A stretch of DNA of 64,000 nucleotides from Camelus ferus (Eukaryota): assembly GCF_009834535.1 (NCBI RefSeq), contig NC_045697.1, positions 65,722,001 to 65,786,000 of the forward strand. Reading direction: 5' to 3'. Of the stretch, positions 50,881-62,666 are shown one piece after another. The notes below the pieces were generated by a model. It was not told where the DNA came from and did not search any database. It saw only the letters and a list, made by a program, of their open reading frames with translations. Position 1 is the first letter of the stretch. Every line of letters starts with the position of its first letter. A program made the translations under genes and the position numbers.

Positions 50881-53104
50881 CCTACCCTTTAGAAAAAGAT
50901 AAACCTCAGACGAGAGGTTCACTCTGTTTTACTTTTCAAGGCTCAAGAGCAAATCTGGTGAACAGCCCCAATTCACTCGGATCGAAGTTTCCTAGTTAAA
51001 GCTCTCATTTAACTAGTTCACTGTTGTTCCTTCTCTGCCCTCTTCACACAATTCCATTTTCTCCAGCTATACGTTTTTATAAGTTAATGCTGAATCTTCA
51101 GTCTGTGTTGGTACCCATGTGCTTTGCTGTCTTTTCAAATTTCTCCTTAAATATGTGTTCATTTGCATACACTCTATAATTCTGCACACCTGGAGTCATT
51201 TGAGTGTGATGTACTTGGGTGTACAAGAATATGTGTACATAACAGGTAGGCAAGAGAAATCGAACTTTGTGCACATACACACGCATTAAGGATAAGTGAT
51301 CAGGAAATGATGAGGGAAACAACTGCTGAGCATTGCTAGTTGTTTCTAAAATAATTATTTAGTAAAATTGAATTATCATTGCAGAGCCAAAACACAATTG
51401 GGGCCAGAGGTCAGAAATGTCCTGTGGGTCAGCTGTGGCTGTGCTGTAATCTGTGAACAAATCACTCCACATATTCCAGACGCATAATTAAATATTTCAG
51501 CACTCCTGTCAACTAAATGTATTATGTACTTAAACAACTCTGGGTGAGAAAACAATAATTATAATAATGGTATCAATTGTATACTGGTCATCCACAGTGC
51601 AGATTTTACATGTTATCTGCTTAAAATAGACAGCCATTACTTAATATATGTACACATATTTTCACCTTTTAAAACCAAGTACACACTTAAATACTAGTAT
51701 AGCTTTACCTCTTTCACTAATACTAGTCTTTCTGCCATGCCTTATAGCTACTGAATTTCCCTTCAGTTTCAATGTGAATTTAAAATCTGTTGCTCAAACT
51801 CAGAAATTTACATACACACAACAGAACTTTATAAATGTATTCAACAAAAAGATTGCTTGATCGATGTAATTTTTTCCTTTAGATTATGACTAATAAAGCT
51901 GATTTGGGTCAAAGTAAAACTGAAATTCTTTTTACCTATACTTAAGAAGTATGCAGTGAAAACTATTCGGTCTAACTAGATAAAGGAGCTTTTACAAAGT
52001 GCTTTATCAAGTTCAATAATTAAAAGATTTCCTGCTAACTATTCAGTGAATCTTCTTTGTAGCTCAGCTTTGCGGAGTCAGTTCTTTCTCTCTCTTCCTT
52101 TGAAAAGTCTAATTAAATTGGGAAAGTTTTTTTTTTCTATTCATTCTGTTTTTGCCATATTGGACATAGATAGGAAAATAACTAATTAAATGACAACAGT
52201 GCTTCTTTTTTCATTCTTGTCCTATTGAGACTTTATGGGCAGATAGGAGTAGGTGCATTTTCCCAGTTTGAGTTTTTTAAGTTGATTTCTTATTGTCTCT
52301 TTTCTCAGTGTGATATATCTTTGGGGTTAATGGATGTAATAGGGATAAATTCCTCTCTGATGCCTGTATTGATGCTCTAATAGGCTTTTTGGAAAAATTG
52401 ACTAGTGAAGAACTGAAACTGAACACTTCAGAGCCCTTGCCTTCCCCTTGTGAGCATTGTTTAAGCACTGTCACACTATCTTTTAAAAATATATTTGCTG
52501 TAGTGTTGAAAAAATTTTGAATGAAAAAAGTCTGCCATTTTCCTACCTTCCTGACACTTTTTTTTTTCACTTTTCTGTGTCTATTTCTATTTATATGCAC
52601 AAACACATATACTTAAGAGCATAATAATTATATGCTTATCTGGCTTCTGGTGTTTTGGCTCCTTATTCTAATTGTAAATTGTAGCCAATAAGTAACTCTG
52701 AAAAGGTATCTTATCTCTTTTAGAATCAGGTTCTGGGATAAAGAATCTCCCAAAGTTATTTAGATTGTTAGAATAAAGGGCAGTTTAAGGGTTAAAACAA
52801 TTCAGTCATAACTCAACCTATACGTATTTCCAGGGGGAAATCTTCATGAACAAAAATGATGTTTTCAATCATGTTTGGGCATGGAGAAGGAAGAGAGACA
52901 TTCCAGCATTCTACCAGTGGTTCTATATCAGTTAAAGAACTGCTTGAACAGACCTCTGTGGATAGGCATTCTGAACAAAATAGAACTGTTGAGCAATACT
53001 CCATTCTCAAGCAAAGTTCCAGTTATTTCACAGTGAGAAATCTTAAGTTGATGCATTTTAAGAAAAGCCAAGGATACCGCCCCCCCCCCCCAACATGGTA
53101 TAGG

Positions 53105-53222
53105 TTGCTTTAATTTTATTCTAAGTTCCATGAGAGCAAGGACTTTCTCTCTTTTGTTTACTTATTCGTTCAAAGCACTTAGAACAGTGCCTGGTACAGA
53201 GTAGGTATTTGATAAATGTGTC
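53105..53222 (+). mobile_element. L2 LINE 3' end
   Basis: TAAGTTCCATGAGAGCAAGGACTTT...GCACTTAGAACAGTGCCTGGTACAGAGTAGGT. Confidence 0.85.
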
Positions 53223-56034
53223 CTAGTTAGATTATGAAATTCCACACAGAAATATTAGTTTCAATCCATGCCTCATAGTCAGTCAACAAAAACTAAGACA
53301 ACTGGTCAGAATCATGGACTGAATTTATAAAAGTAGATCTACAGGGGTCAATGCAGTGCAGAGGATAAAACACAAAACTGGAAGTCAAGACACAGGTTCT
53401 ACCTTTAATGACCAGCTGTAAAACCATGGTCAAGTAGCTTCACCTCTCTAATATCTCCATCTGACTCATCCTGGCTGGTTCTCAAATTCTATGAATCTAT
53501 TCTCAGCCCCATGCATAACTCTTAAAAATTCATAGATGATTACCCAAGCTTTTTGTGCATAAAATTGACCTTGTGCTAGAGATAAATCATTGCTGATCGG
53601 GGAAGCTGAAAATTCTTTGAAAGCCTTTGGACAATAATATTTATATAAAGTTGAAGAAAAATGTGACAATTCTGTTCAGTTATGTTATGTTTTTTCTTTC
53701 CTAGAAGTTTTCAACTTCAATAATACATTGCAAACACTTAGATTAACATAAGCACCTAAAAAAGAAAAGAATGTCTAAGGTTTATTTTCCTCCCTCTAGA
53801 TCTAGCTAAATTCTATTTACATTGGGTTGGACCTACTTAACCCAATCTTCTAAATTGGATGAGATGAACAGAAGAATTGGGTGCAGATTTATATGGATTA
53901 AGCAAATGCAGGGTTATTTTTTCCTAGTGTTGGGTTAGAATCAAAGCAGACGACAATGGTAGAATTTTAATTCAAGGGATTTGTTTTCTTAAATGTGAAA
54001 GACTGCTGAATTCTCCAAAGCCTAGCCTTTCTGTAAGTAAAGCAATTTTTTTTCCTTGCCCATATCAGAGCTATTATGGTATGCTGGATTTTCATTCTCT
54101 GTTCACAGTAGGGCAATTTTCACTCACAAGGCAGTGTTATACATCTTCAGACAGTGAAAAATCATGGAGTATCAGTCAGATCCTTAGGGAGATTAAGGTT
54201 CTACTGTGAGAGAGTTTTACCACACATATAACAGACACAAGTAATAATGGTGATGTCATATCCATTCATCACTAGACCTACGAACAAATATTAGCTGTTA
54301 CAAATATTACCCTCCCCTTGGCTCTAATCATCTGGGTAAAACGTACAAAAGCCAGGTTACTAACCCAGATACGTTGTTCAGATGCCATGGGCAGTTAGGT
54401 CCAGCAGACAGAAAAAACCCTCTTTTCCTGGGCACTCCTGCTCAGCCTGATTGGCTCCCTGATGTTTCCTATTTGCTCTCAGCTGCTCTTTCCCTGCCTC
54501 TGCAGATTTCTCTCCCTAGTCTCAGCTGCCGTCCCTGTTCCCCAAACTGCATGTTTGACTTCCTGCTACTACATATTATTCTTTGGTGAAGTCTGTTTTA
54601 CCATAAAACATCAAAGACCAAATCTCTTAGAAGGATCTCTACCCTGCTTCAAATGAGTATAGCATTGGATTTTAATGACACAAGAGAACAAAGTCCAGTA
54701 GTTGGTTTGGAGAGTTAGTTCCCAGCAAAAATAACTGCAAGAAGAAGACAAAAGAGTACAGAAAAGAACTTTCTGTTGCAGGCAGTTCATTGCCTAGCAG
54801 TCACCCTCTATCTTATCCTAAATAATAGGCAGCCTCAACCAATTTTTGGTGCAGTACTAACGAGGATAGGGAACAATGACTTATATCAGTCAAGTCTTTA
54901 GGAGGTCCAAAAACCTCATATTAATCTCTTCCCCTGCCACAATTTTAGACCAAACATGCTAAAGGACTGTATAATTTGCTAATTTCATTTCATTTCCTTT
55001 TATTTCCTGTGCTCATCCTCTGAATCGAATAATAGTGAAATGGCCAGGAAGTAAATGCAGAACAAGAAAGAAGGAAAAGGCCACAGGCACTTATCAGGCA
55101 TTTTCGGTGCACCGGGCACTGTACTGAGAATTTAGCATAGATTGGAATTAGGCGTCTCCACACTTCACAGACTGACCTCATTAAATGGACTCTGCTTGCA
55201 AGAGGCAAACTTTAAACACTCTTCTTTAGTATATTGTTTACTCACATAAGATTCAGCCAAACTTGACCTTTCTTTGTTGCTCAAAATCAAAAGGTCAAAA
55301 GAGAGGAACATTTAACCACTTCATAATAATCTCTTAAGACAGAGTTTCGCTTTAATGTTAAGTTACCTCAAACATCTCTACAGCTGCCGAGATAAATGAT
55401 ACCTTTGATGGGTTTATAGGCCTTGTCGAGTGCTTTGTGTTTACAGACCATAGCAAGAGCAAAGTAATTGTTTTTTTTTTCCTCCCAGTGAACTGTCTGT
55501 CTGTGGGATTTACAGGGTGAACACAAGATGTAATGTTTGCATCCTGAGATTTGCCAGTAAAGCAAACTTCAAGTCCTTTATTTTTCCCCATTTTTTTAAA
55601 GCTTAGATCATTGTGATTATAGTCCATTCTTCAATGGAGTCTTACAAAAAACCAAATACTTTGTTTTCGATGACTGATGACAGTTAAACTTTGTTGAGTC
55701 AAACTTTATAATGTATATTTCAGAGGTCTTTCTCTAAATGGTTTACAAGTTGTAGTGGAATTTCTGAACCTAACAAAAATGATTCATTTAGCTCTTAAAA
55801 TTAGCACAAAGGGACAGACAGTAGCAAAAAAAAATATGTTAGATAATACATGAATTGATGCAAAATTGAAGACTTTTTCGTAAACTTAAATTCTTTAAAT
55901 TGAATGGTTGGAGCTTGGTCACTGGGCTATCTGGCAGCAGTCGCCATGCAATCAAAATTTTTAAGTTTCAGAAAAATCTTGGTTAGCAATTGCCAAATGT
56001 TCAGACAGAATAAAGGAAATAGTTTTTAGTCCTC

Positions 56035-56220
56035 AGTTCTGAAGTCAGGGTGCATAGATTCAAATCCCAACTCTACCGCCAGTGAGCTGTTGATCTTACC
56101 AAGTCTTTTATGCCTCAGTTCCTTTCTCTGTAAGATGGGGATAATAATGATATCTACTCTGTACGGTTACTTTGAGTATCGAATGAGATAATGCATGTAA
56201 AATACTTACCTAGCATAGTA
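56035..56220 (+). mobile_element. MIR SINE
   Basis: TTCAAATCCCAACTCTACC...GCCTCAGTTCCTTTCTCTGTAAGATGGGGATAATAAT...AATGAGATAATGCATGTAAA. Confidence 0.9.
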
Positions 56221-56296
56221 AATCGAATCGTAGAGGACTCAGTAAAATCAAATCATAAGGACTCAATAAAATTTAAACACAAAGACTCAACAAAAT
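56217..56296. repeat. Degenerate 24-bp minisatellite, about 3.3 copies
   Basis: AGTAAATCGAATCGTAGAGGACTC / AGTAAAATCAAATCATAAGGACTC / AATAAAATTTAAACACAAAGACTC / AACAAAAT. Confidence 0.8.
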
Positions 56297-58094
56297 GATG
56301 ACCTCATTTGTTTCCCTGTAGTGTTTTATACCTATTGCTGATAAAGCATTCATCCCATGGTATTACAGGTAGTCCTTACCATGTGAAGAACTGCTGAATC
56401 GAGACCAAGGTTTAAGAATACTTAGTGTTACCAAAAGCACCACATAGGAGTTAATAATTTTTGAGAAATAAGTGAATAAATGAATGATTAAATATGTAAA
56501 TGGTGAATGAAGCCATTCCTTCAACTGATACTGAAAGCTGATATTGCAGATATTTAACAACTATTTTACAGGCACAGACAAATATGAATGAAGGCGTGGA
56601 TCAAAAAGAAAAAAGTAGAGCACAGACCAGGCAGAATAAGATAATAGGGTATGCACCAATTAGCACGAATTTTAGTTATAAACAATCAGTTAGGGCCACA
56701 CTGATTAAATATTAGCCCTAGATGCAGCCCAGGTCATTTAATTCCATTCAATATATTTATTCTCAATGACTTTGATGAACATTAGTGTTCCCCAGAGGAC
56801 ATAAAGCTACCCTCAACATGTACAGGTTAGTAAGCTCAGTAGTTTGACTAGTCAGTCAGTGTAACAAGAGCAGATGTCTATTACCTGCCCTCTGTGTGTC
56901 AAGTGCTCTGTGAAATACCAAGGATTCCTAGTCCAGCAAGACAGAAACCTTTCTCTAGCAATCATCAACTATACAATCTTCTCAGTTTTTATTATACTAA
57001 CTAAAATAAAAGACTAGCAACCAGTTAAAGGCAGGCCACCCTATTCACCACGTTTGTGATGTGACTTGCCTCTTTGAAGGGAGAGTCCATAATAAAGAAC
57101 TTACTACACCACTTCCAAGACTCTGTCAACAGATAAACATTCCCTCCACAAGAATTAGCCTCCTTACTAAAAGCAGTTTCAGGCAGTAAAATTTTACTGT
57201 TCAAATGTGAAAGATGAAGACATGGTGTATATTTAAAAGGATCAAACTGGATCCTACAGAAGTTTGGCTGTCATCCACAGTCCTTTTGTCTCAAACTTCT
57301 ATAATACTCCAAAAGGATAAATATCCCTGGCTTTAAACCCCCCATGCTATTTGCAAACAGCCATGTCTGCCAGGTAAAATGTTCAAGCAGATGCTGGCCT
57401 GCCGTCTTCCGGAGGTGGGGCAAAGACCATCTCTGCAGTGTGGGAAGGACTGCAGACAATGGAGCCAACCTCCATTACAGAATGAAGATGATTTGATGGC
57501 CTATCACTTTTATATTGGTAGGTTTACAGGTGGTTGCACATTATGCATTTTAACTGAAATATATGTTGCACAAGTTCTTTTTTAGATGTCAAATATTTTA
57601 TAATAAAAATTATTTTTAAAGATTATATACCTAACTTATGGAATATTAAGAAGACATTAAAATAACCCAAAGATATAGGTCTCTTTTCTGTTCTATAGCC
57701 CATACTGAGTTGGCTATTGATCCTATAATCAAAGCTTTGTAATTACCAGGAGAGAGACTGTGTGTGAAAGGATAGAAGAAACTGAAAGAGGAAAGTGTGG
57801 AGATAAGAGGTTGGTCTAGTTCTCCAGTTGGGGAGAGAGAAGTCATCACTTCAGGATGTTCTCGGGTCCCCCCATAAGAAGCTCTGAGAGCTAAAGCAGA
57901 GGGCATTTAGGCAGTGACAGGCTTAAAGATCTGCTGAATAAAATATCAGTATCTCTTCATAGATTTTAATGTATGGGCTAGAGATCCAGGATGAGACTAG
58001 ACTGAAAACCTATAGGTTCAGGTTAGGGTTTAGGAAAGAATGCAGAAGACCTCTGGATTTCCACGTGTTGCCAGAATCGCACCCTCTCTGTATT

Positions 58095-58462
58095 CCGACC
58101 ATGTTCTCCTTCCTCTTCGATAGCATTTCTGCTGCCTGGGACACTCCTCCTCCTCTGCCCTTTCTTGCTAACACCTACTAATACCACTTCCTCAGAGAGG
58201 CGTTTTCCAAAGCACCAGTCCAGACTAGAGGTTTGTTTTGAATGCACTCTATAGCCCTCTGAACTTTGAATCCTGGTGCTCAACCCATTTATGAATAAAT
58301 GTTCATGTTTAGCATCCCTCTCTACAGTTGTGTGTATGCAAGCTTCAGGACCACAGAGACTTGCTCTCTTACTCCCTCCTATAGAGCTTGGCTCATAGAA
58401 AGTACTCAAGAAATGTTTATTAAGCATATGAATGATGAATGAGTGAATAGATAAATGAATAA
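58095..58462 (+). mobile_element. L2 LINE 3' end
   Basis: CTGCCTGGGACACTC...CACTTCCTCAGAGAGGC...GGCTCATAGAAAGTACTCAAGAAATGTTT...TGAATGATGAATGAGTGAAT. Confidence 0.85.
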
Positions 58463-58704
58463 GTTGCCTCTGAAGCAGCTATATAGCTCAGCCATAGAAT
58501 TATCATTCCGAGCTCAGAAAAGAGCTCAATATTTATCTTGCAATAAAGATTGAAGAGTCACCAGCTTCCAAGTGGTGATGAAATTCATAGGGGAGAATAA
58601 ATCTCCTAGGAAGAATAAAATTGCACAAGACTGAAGACAAACAAGGAACGTGGATCCTGTGGAAGTAATTCATAAACTTGCTCAGAAAGTATGGTGCCAC
58701 CTAG

Positions 58705-59560
58705 ATAGTGGTTAAGAGCTCATATTGTTTCACTCAAGCAGACTAACTTGATCCTAGCTCCAGTTCTTACTCGTGAACCAAGTAAGCGTCAGGAGCTCAG
58801 TGAGCTGGAGAGAGCTGAGCTGCGTGGTGTCAGAATAGCTGGCTGAAGCAACTAGCCAAAAATGACGGTAACCGTCCAGTAGCCAGGCCTCTAAAACCAC
58901 ATACTACAATAGTATAAGCAGGAGGCTAAAGTGGAGAAAGTAGGACCCTCCTTCCCCTCCCTGCCCCCTCCCAACCCCCAGTCCCATTTTCCCGCAGGAA
59001 ACGGCACGTTGGTCAAGGATCAGAGAGCTCAGCGTAGATGCTGGGTCATCTTACTCCTGAGGGATCCCCAAATAGAAGGCTCTCACAGTTATGGATCTGG
59101 GGACTGGGGAGAACGCGAGGGGAAAGAGCTAGGAGTGGAAAAGCACTGAGTAGTGAGTCAGATTCGGGGAAAATTGCCTTCAGGGTTCTCCCCTCCTTCC
59201 CACAAAACGAGGTTTCCAGCAGAGATGCTGGAGGTCGCCACTGAAGGCCTGTAAGAGGGCACTGGGCTAAGAATGCAGAGATGCGTAAGGGCTTGGCCAG
59301 CCTGGAGGGCCTGAGCCCTTGACTGCAAGTCCCCTCAGAGGCTGCCCCATATCCACATATGCACCAGGTACGGTGTGGGGAGGGCAGCTTTCCTCTGTGA
59401 AACCTGCCAGGTTGAGCCTTTTTAATTGCCTTTGGTTAGTTCTGAAAAATCACCCATCAGTGTTGGCCAAGAGCCAGACCCCTCAGTAAGTTACTTGAAC
59501 TCGAAGTCTCAGTTTCCTGACTTACACCTCCACGTCATGGGTTATTGCAAAAACTAAGCT
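58705..59560 (+). mobile_element. MIR SINE split by a 698-bp insert (58787-59484)
   Basis: 5' half TAGTGGTTAAGAGC...GTGAACCAAGTAAG joins the 3' half (AGTAAG)TTACTTGAACTC...TCTCAGTTTCCT in register with the MIR consensus. Confidence 0.75.
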
Positions 59561-61522
59561 ATTGGTTTGACCCATATGCAGTGTTCCATAGATGAGAATT
59601 CCACAGGAGCGAGTTGGGTGGGCGGGACACCATTGGAGCTAAGAAAGAAGAGGCCAGGAAGGCCACGAATGACAATGATCTGTTGCAGTCAACAACTGAG
59701 ACATTAGTGCCCTCAGCAGAGTCATTTCCATGGAGTGAAGATGATGAAAATCAAAGTACCAAAAGTTATCAGCAAATGTGAGGGAAGGGAGATAAAACAG
59801 CAAGTACCAACCAGTCTGAGGAACTATCAGTGACAGCGAGCACCTGTGTGCAGCTGATGACAATCAGCAGGACCACACAGCTGCCACCCGATTTGCAAGG
59901 AGTCTGTCTCCTGAGTGCCTGTAACCCACAATACTCGACTAGAATGGGTTTTAAGGCTGACCAGTACATTGTTTTAGAGAAGAGGGAGAGTGTGGCAGGG
60001 CAGGAAGAGATGCCCCAGGACTGAGGGTGAAGCCCTCTGAGGGGAAGCCTGGGTGATGGCAGGAGCACAGGGTGCACGTAAGCGCTGAGCCTGCCGTTTG
60101 GAGCCTCCTTCCAGGGTGCAGGCTTCCTTTCACGATCCTCCATTTATCCTTTATTCTGCCTAAATGACCATGCACTTTCCACCTCTGCCAGCCCTCTTTC
60201 TATTCATCTGCCAGCTTTTATCCCCCAAAGCCTGGGCCTTGATGGTGCTTATCCCTGTCAGCTCACTGTCTCTGTAAGTAAGCTTTGCCTCTGCTCAGCC
60301 GACTGAGAAACATCACAGGCTCCTGTACACGTCGGGATCCAGTGGGGAATGATCTCTTCTCTCTCCTGCCCTAACTGGAAATACATTCTACATAATTTAT
60401 TACATACTGGTACTTTTTGAGCCTAGAGACAAACTGTGCTTCATCTCTAAACACTGACCCATCAAGAAAAATCAGCTGTTATGCTAAAGAGGCAAAAAAC
60501 ATGAAATTCCTATTATGGTACTAAGACCAAAGAAGAATGCATAACACGCATAGCATGACTTTCCGTGGAGGACGTGAATCCATAACCTAGTGAGGCCCAT
60601 GTAATGGGATTTATTATACTTTTTATGTGAGAATAATATTCCCAGGGCTTTCAGGTACATTCAGTACAAAGGCTTTCCTTTGTATTAAAATACCAAGAGA
60701 CACACGAGGCTCAGTAACCCTTAAAGCTGCAGCTTAGATCATCCAGATTTTTGCATAAGAAAGGCTGCAGAAGAAAACAGCACAGCTGCTGTGAACTATT
60801 ACGTGAAATAATTTAATCACGTTCAACTCAGTAGGTTTACGCCTGCTGCCGTATCCTGGTTCTTGAGTAGACGATCGTTTTCTGCCTTTGCTATTTATAG
60901 GAGTACAGTTTATTTCAAAAGCAAGATTTTTCTTGGCACTCAACTCACCCATGACTTTATCGCTGAATATTTTTTAATGTTATAACTCAACTCTTTGTGT
61001 GGCTAAAATGGCCAAGGCTCTTTTATGTTGTTGTTCTAATTTCTCCCCCCATCAAGCATTCTGACTGCTGCTGTCAAAATCTGATAATAAATGAAGATTT
61101 CTCCCACAGTGACCCTCTTATAACCATGGCAACTCCATCAGCAGCTAATGGCCACATTGCAAAAATGCTTTTGAAAAGGGCAGCCTCTCACACTGCTGTA
61201 GTACAGATGTCCCTTTCTTACCTTTTCTCCATAATGATGCTAATAAAACAACACATTCCAAGTAAATATTTGCTTTCTCATGCACATGTGGGGCCACTTT
61301 AAAAAAAAAATCAAGAAAGTAGAAGAGAAACATCAAATAAAAAACAAAGATCTATTTGAAAGTATGGCATTGAAGTGGTGAAGGATGCTGACAGCTTAGC
61401 AGCATTGACAACATATTTTTACTGTTTTACAACTGAAACCAGTGTGGTTATTGCTTCCTAAGAATCTGAGAATTTTTATTGCTGTTAACTCCACCCCACC
61501 ATCAGCCAGGGAGGTTTTCTAG

Positions 61523-61557
61523 AATGCTTACATTAGGTAATGCTTACATTAGGTAAT
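61523..61557. repeat. Perfect 16-bp tandem duplication
   Basis: AATGCTTACATTAGGT twice, followed by AAT. Confidence 0.95.
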
Positions 61558-62173
61558 TATTCAGAGAGACAAATCCTATTTGTCTCTCTGAATAATTGGT
61601 CGTGTTGGGGTAACACAGTTATGTGCATCCATGGACAGATACTGCTCTATCCTGTTTCCAGAAGATGGATACTCAGACTCTTCATTTGCCTTGAAAGGAC
61701 CCCGGAGCACAATTGGCTTGTGGGTCCTTCAGCTCACCTTGCATGTGTTCCCACAGTACCAAACCAGCAGAAGTTCCTGCCCGAGCCCTGTTATCAGACA
61801 CTCAAAGATGCTCTGGTTTTCTTGTAGATAAGGTAGTCCCCAAACACTTTCTATTGTAGAAATTTTCCCAGGGTGCCTGCCTGTAGAGGAGGCCACCTAT
61901 GAAAATGAAGGAAGACGTCTTCCACTTTAATTTCCTGTTATGGACATAACAGACATTCAGATAGATCTCTCTCTCTCTCTCCCCCCCCCCACCCCCACCT
62001 ATCTATCTATTATTTATAAACATATATCCATGGAAAGAGACTTCCCCAAATTCCAAAGAACTCAGAGCTTGAATTTTTTTTTTCTTTTCCAATTTTCCTT
62101 CAACTATCGATTGCGATCAGTGTCACCACAGATGAGAACTCAGCATCGGGTTTCCAAAGATGGCAGGATTGGC

Positions 62174-62192
62174 CAGCGCCATCTACAGTGAT
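62174..62192 (-). promoter_or_regulatory. Candidate CTCF binding site
   Basis: Minus strand reads CACTGTAGATGGCGCTG, a close match to the CTCF core CCASYAGRKGGCRC; several CpGs are retained nearby. Confidence 0.55.
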
Positions 62193-62409
62193 ATCGGGTA
62201 CATTCATCAGTGTAAATAATCACCTCCCTCTGCGGTTTTCAGAATTAGATGGCCAGAGTTAAGGCCGATATAAGACAAGACCACAGAGCAAGCAGCAAAG
62301 CTTTCAGTAACCATTACTACCATTTGAATTTTACCCTATCCAAATCACTTTTTTTCCTCTCTTCCCAAAGCTATTCTTTCTCTATAAAAGTCCTTTAATC
62401 ATGTGACTA

Positions 62410-62590
62410 GACTTAAGAGTTAAGACCTCCTTAGATTTGCATCAGAGCTCTTCTTCTTTCTGCTGGGAAACTGTGGGCAAGTTACTCAAACTAATCTCAA
62501 GACATTAATTTGTAAAACCAGTCTGACAACATTCTCCCTCAGAGGATGGCTGGGAACACATCTGAGAGCACCCAGCTCTGTAACCGGAAG
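62410..62590 (+). mobile_element. MIR SINE
   Basis: TGTGGGCAAGTTACTCAAAC...TTTGTAAAA...CCCTCAGAGGATGGCTG. Confidence 0.6.
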
Positions 62591-62641
62591 AAACTAAAGT
62601 CTTCATGAATCGTTTTGCCCCGTCTTTCCCATTACTCCTGA

Positions 62642-62666
62642 CTCTCTCTCTCTCTCTCTCTCTCTC
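62642..62666. repeat. (CT)n microsatellite
   Basis: About 12 CT units. Confidence 0.95.

Noticed and set aside
51316..51346. 9-bp inverted repeat GAAACAACT...AGTTGTTTC
   Set aside because: Too short for a pre-miRNA; stems of this length occur by chance at this scale.
56217..56296. CRISPR-like periodicity (also considered for 1844-1943)
   Set aside because: Head-to-tail tandem repeats with no unique spacers, no cas genes, and a mammalian context.
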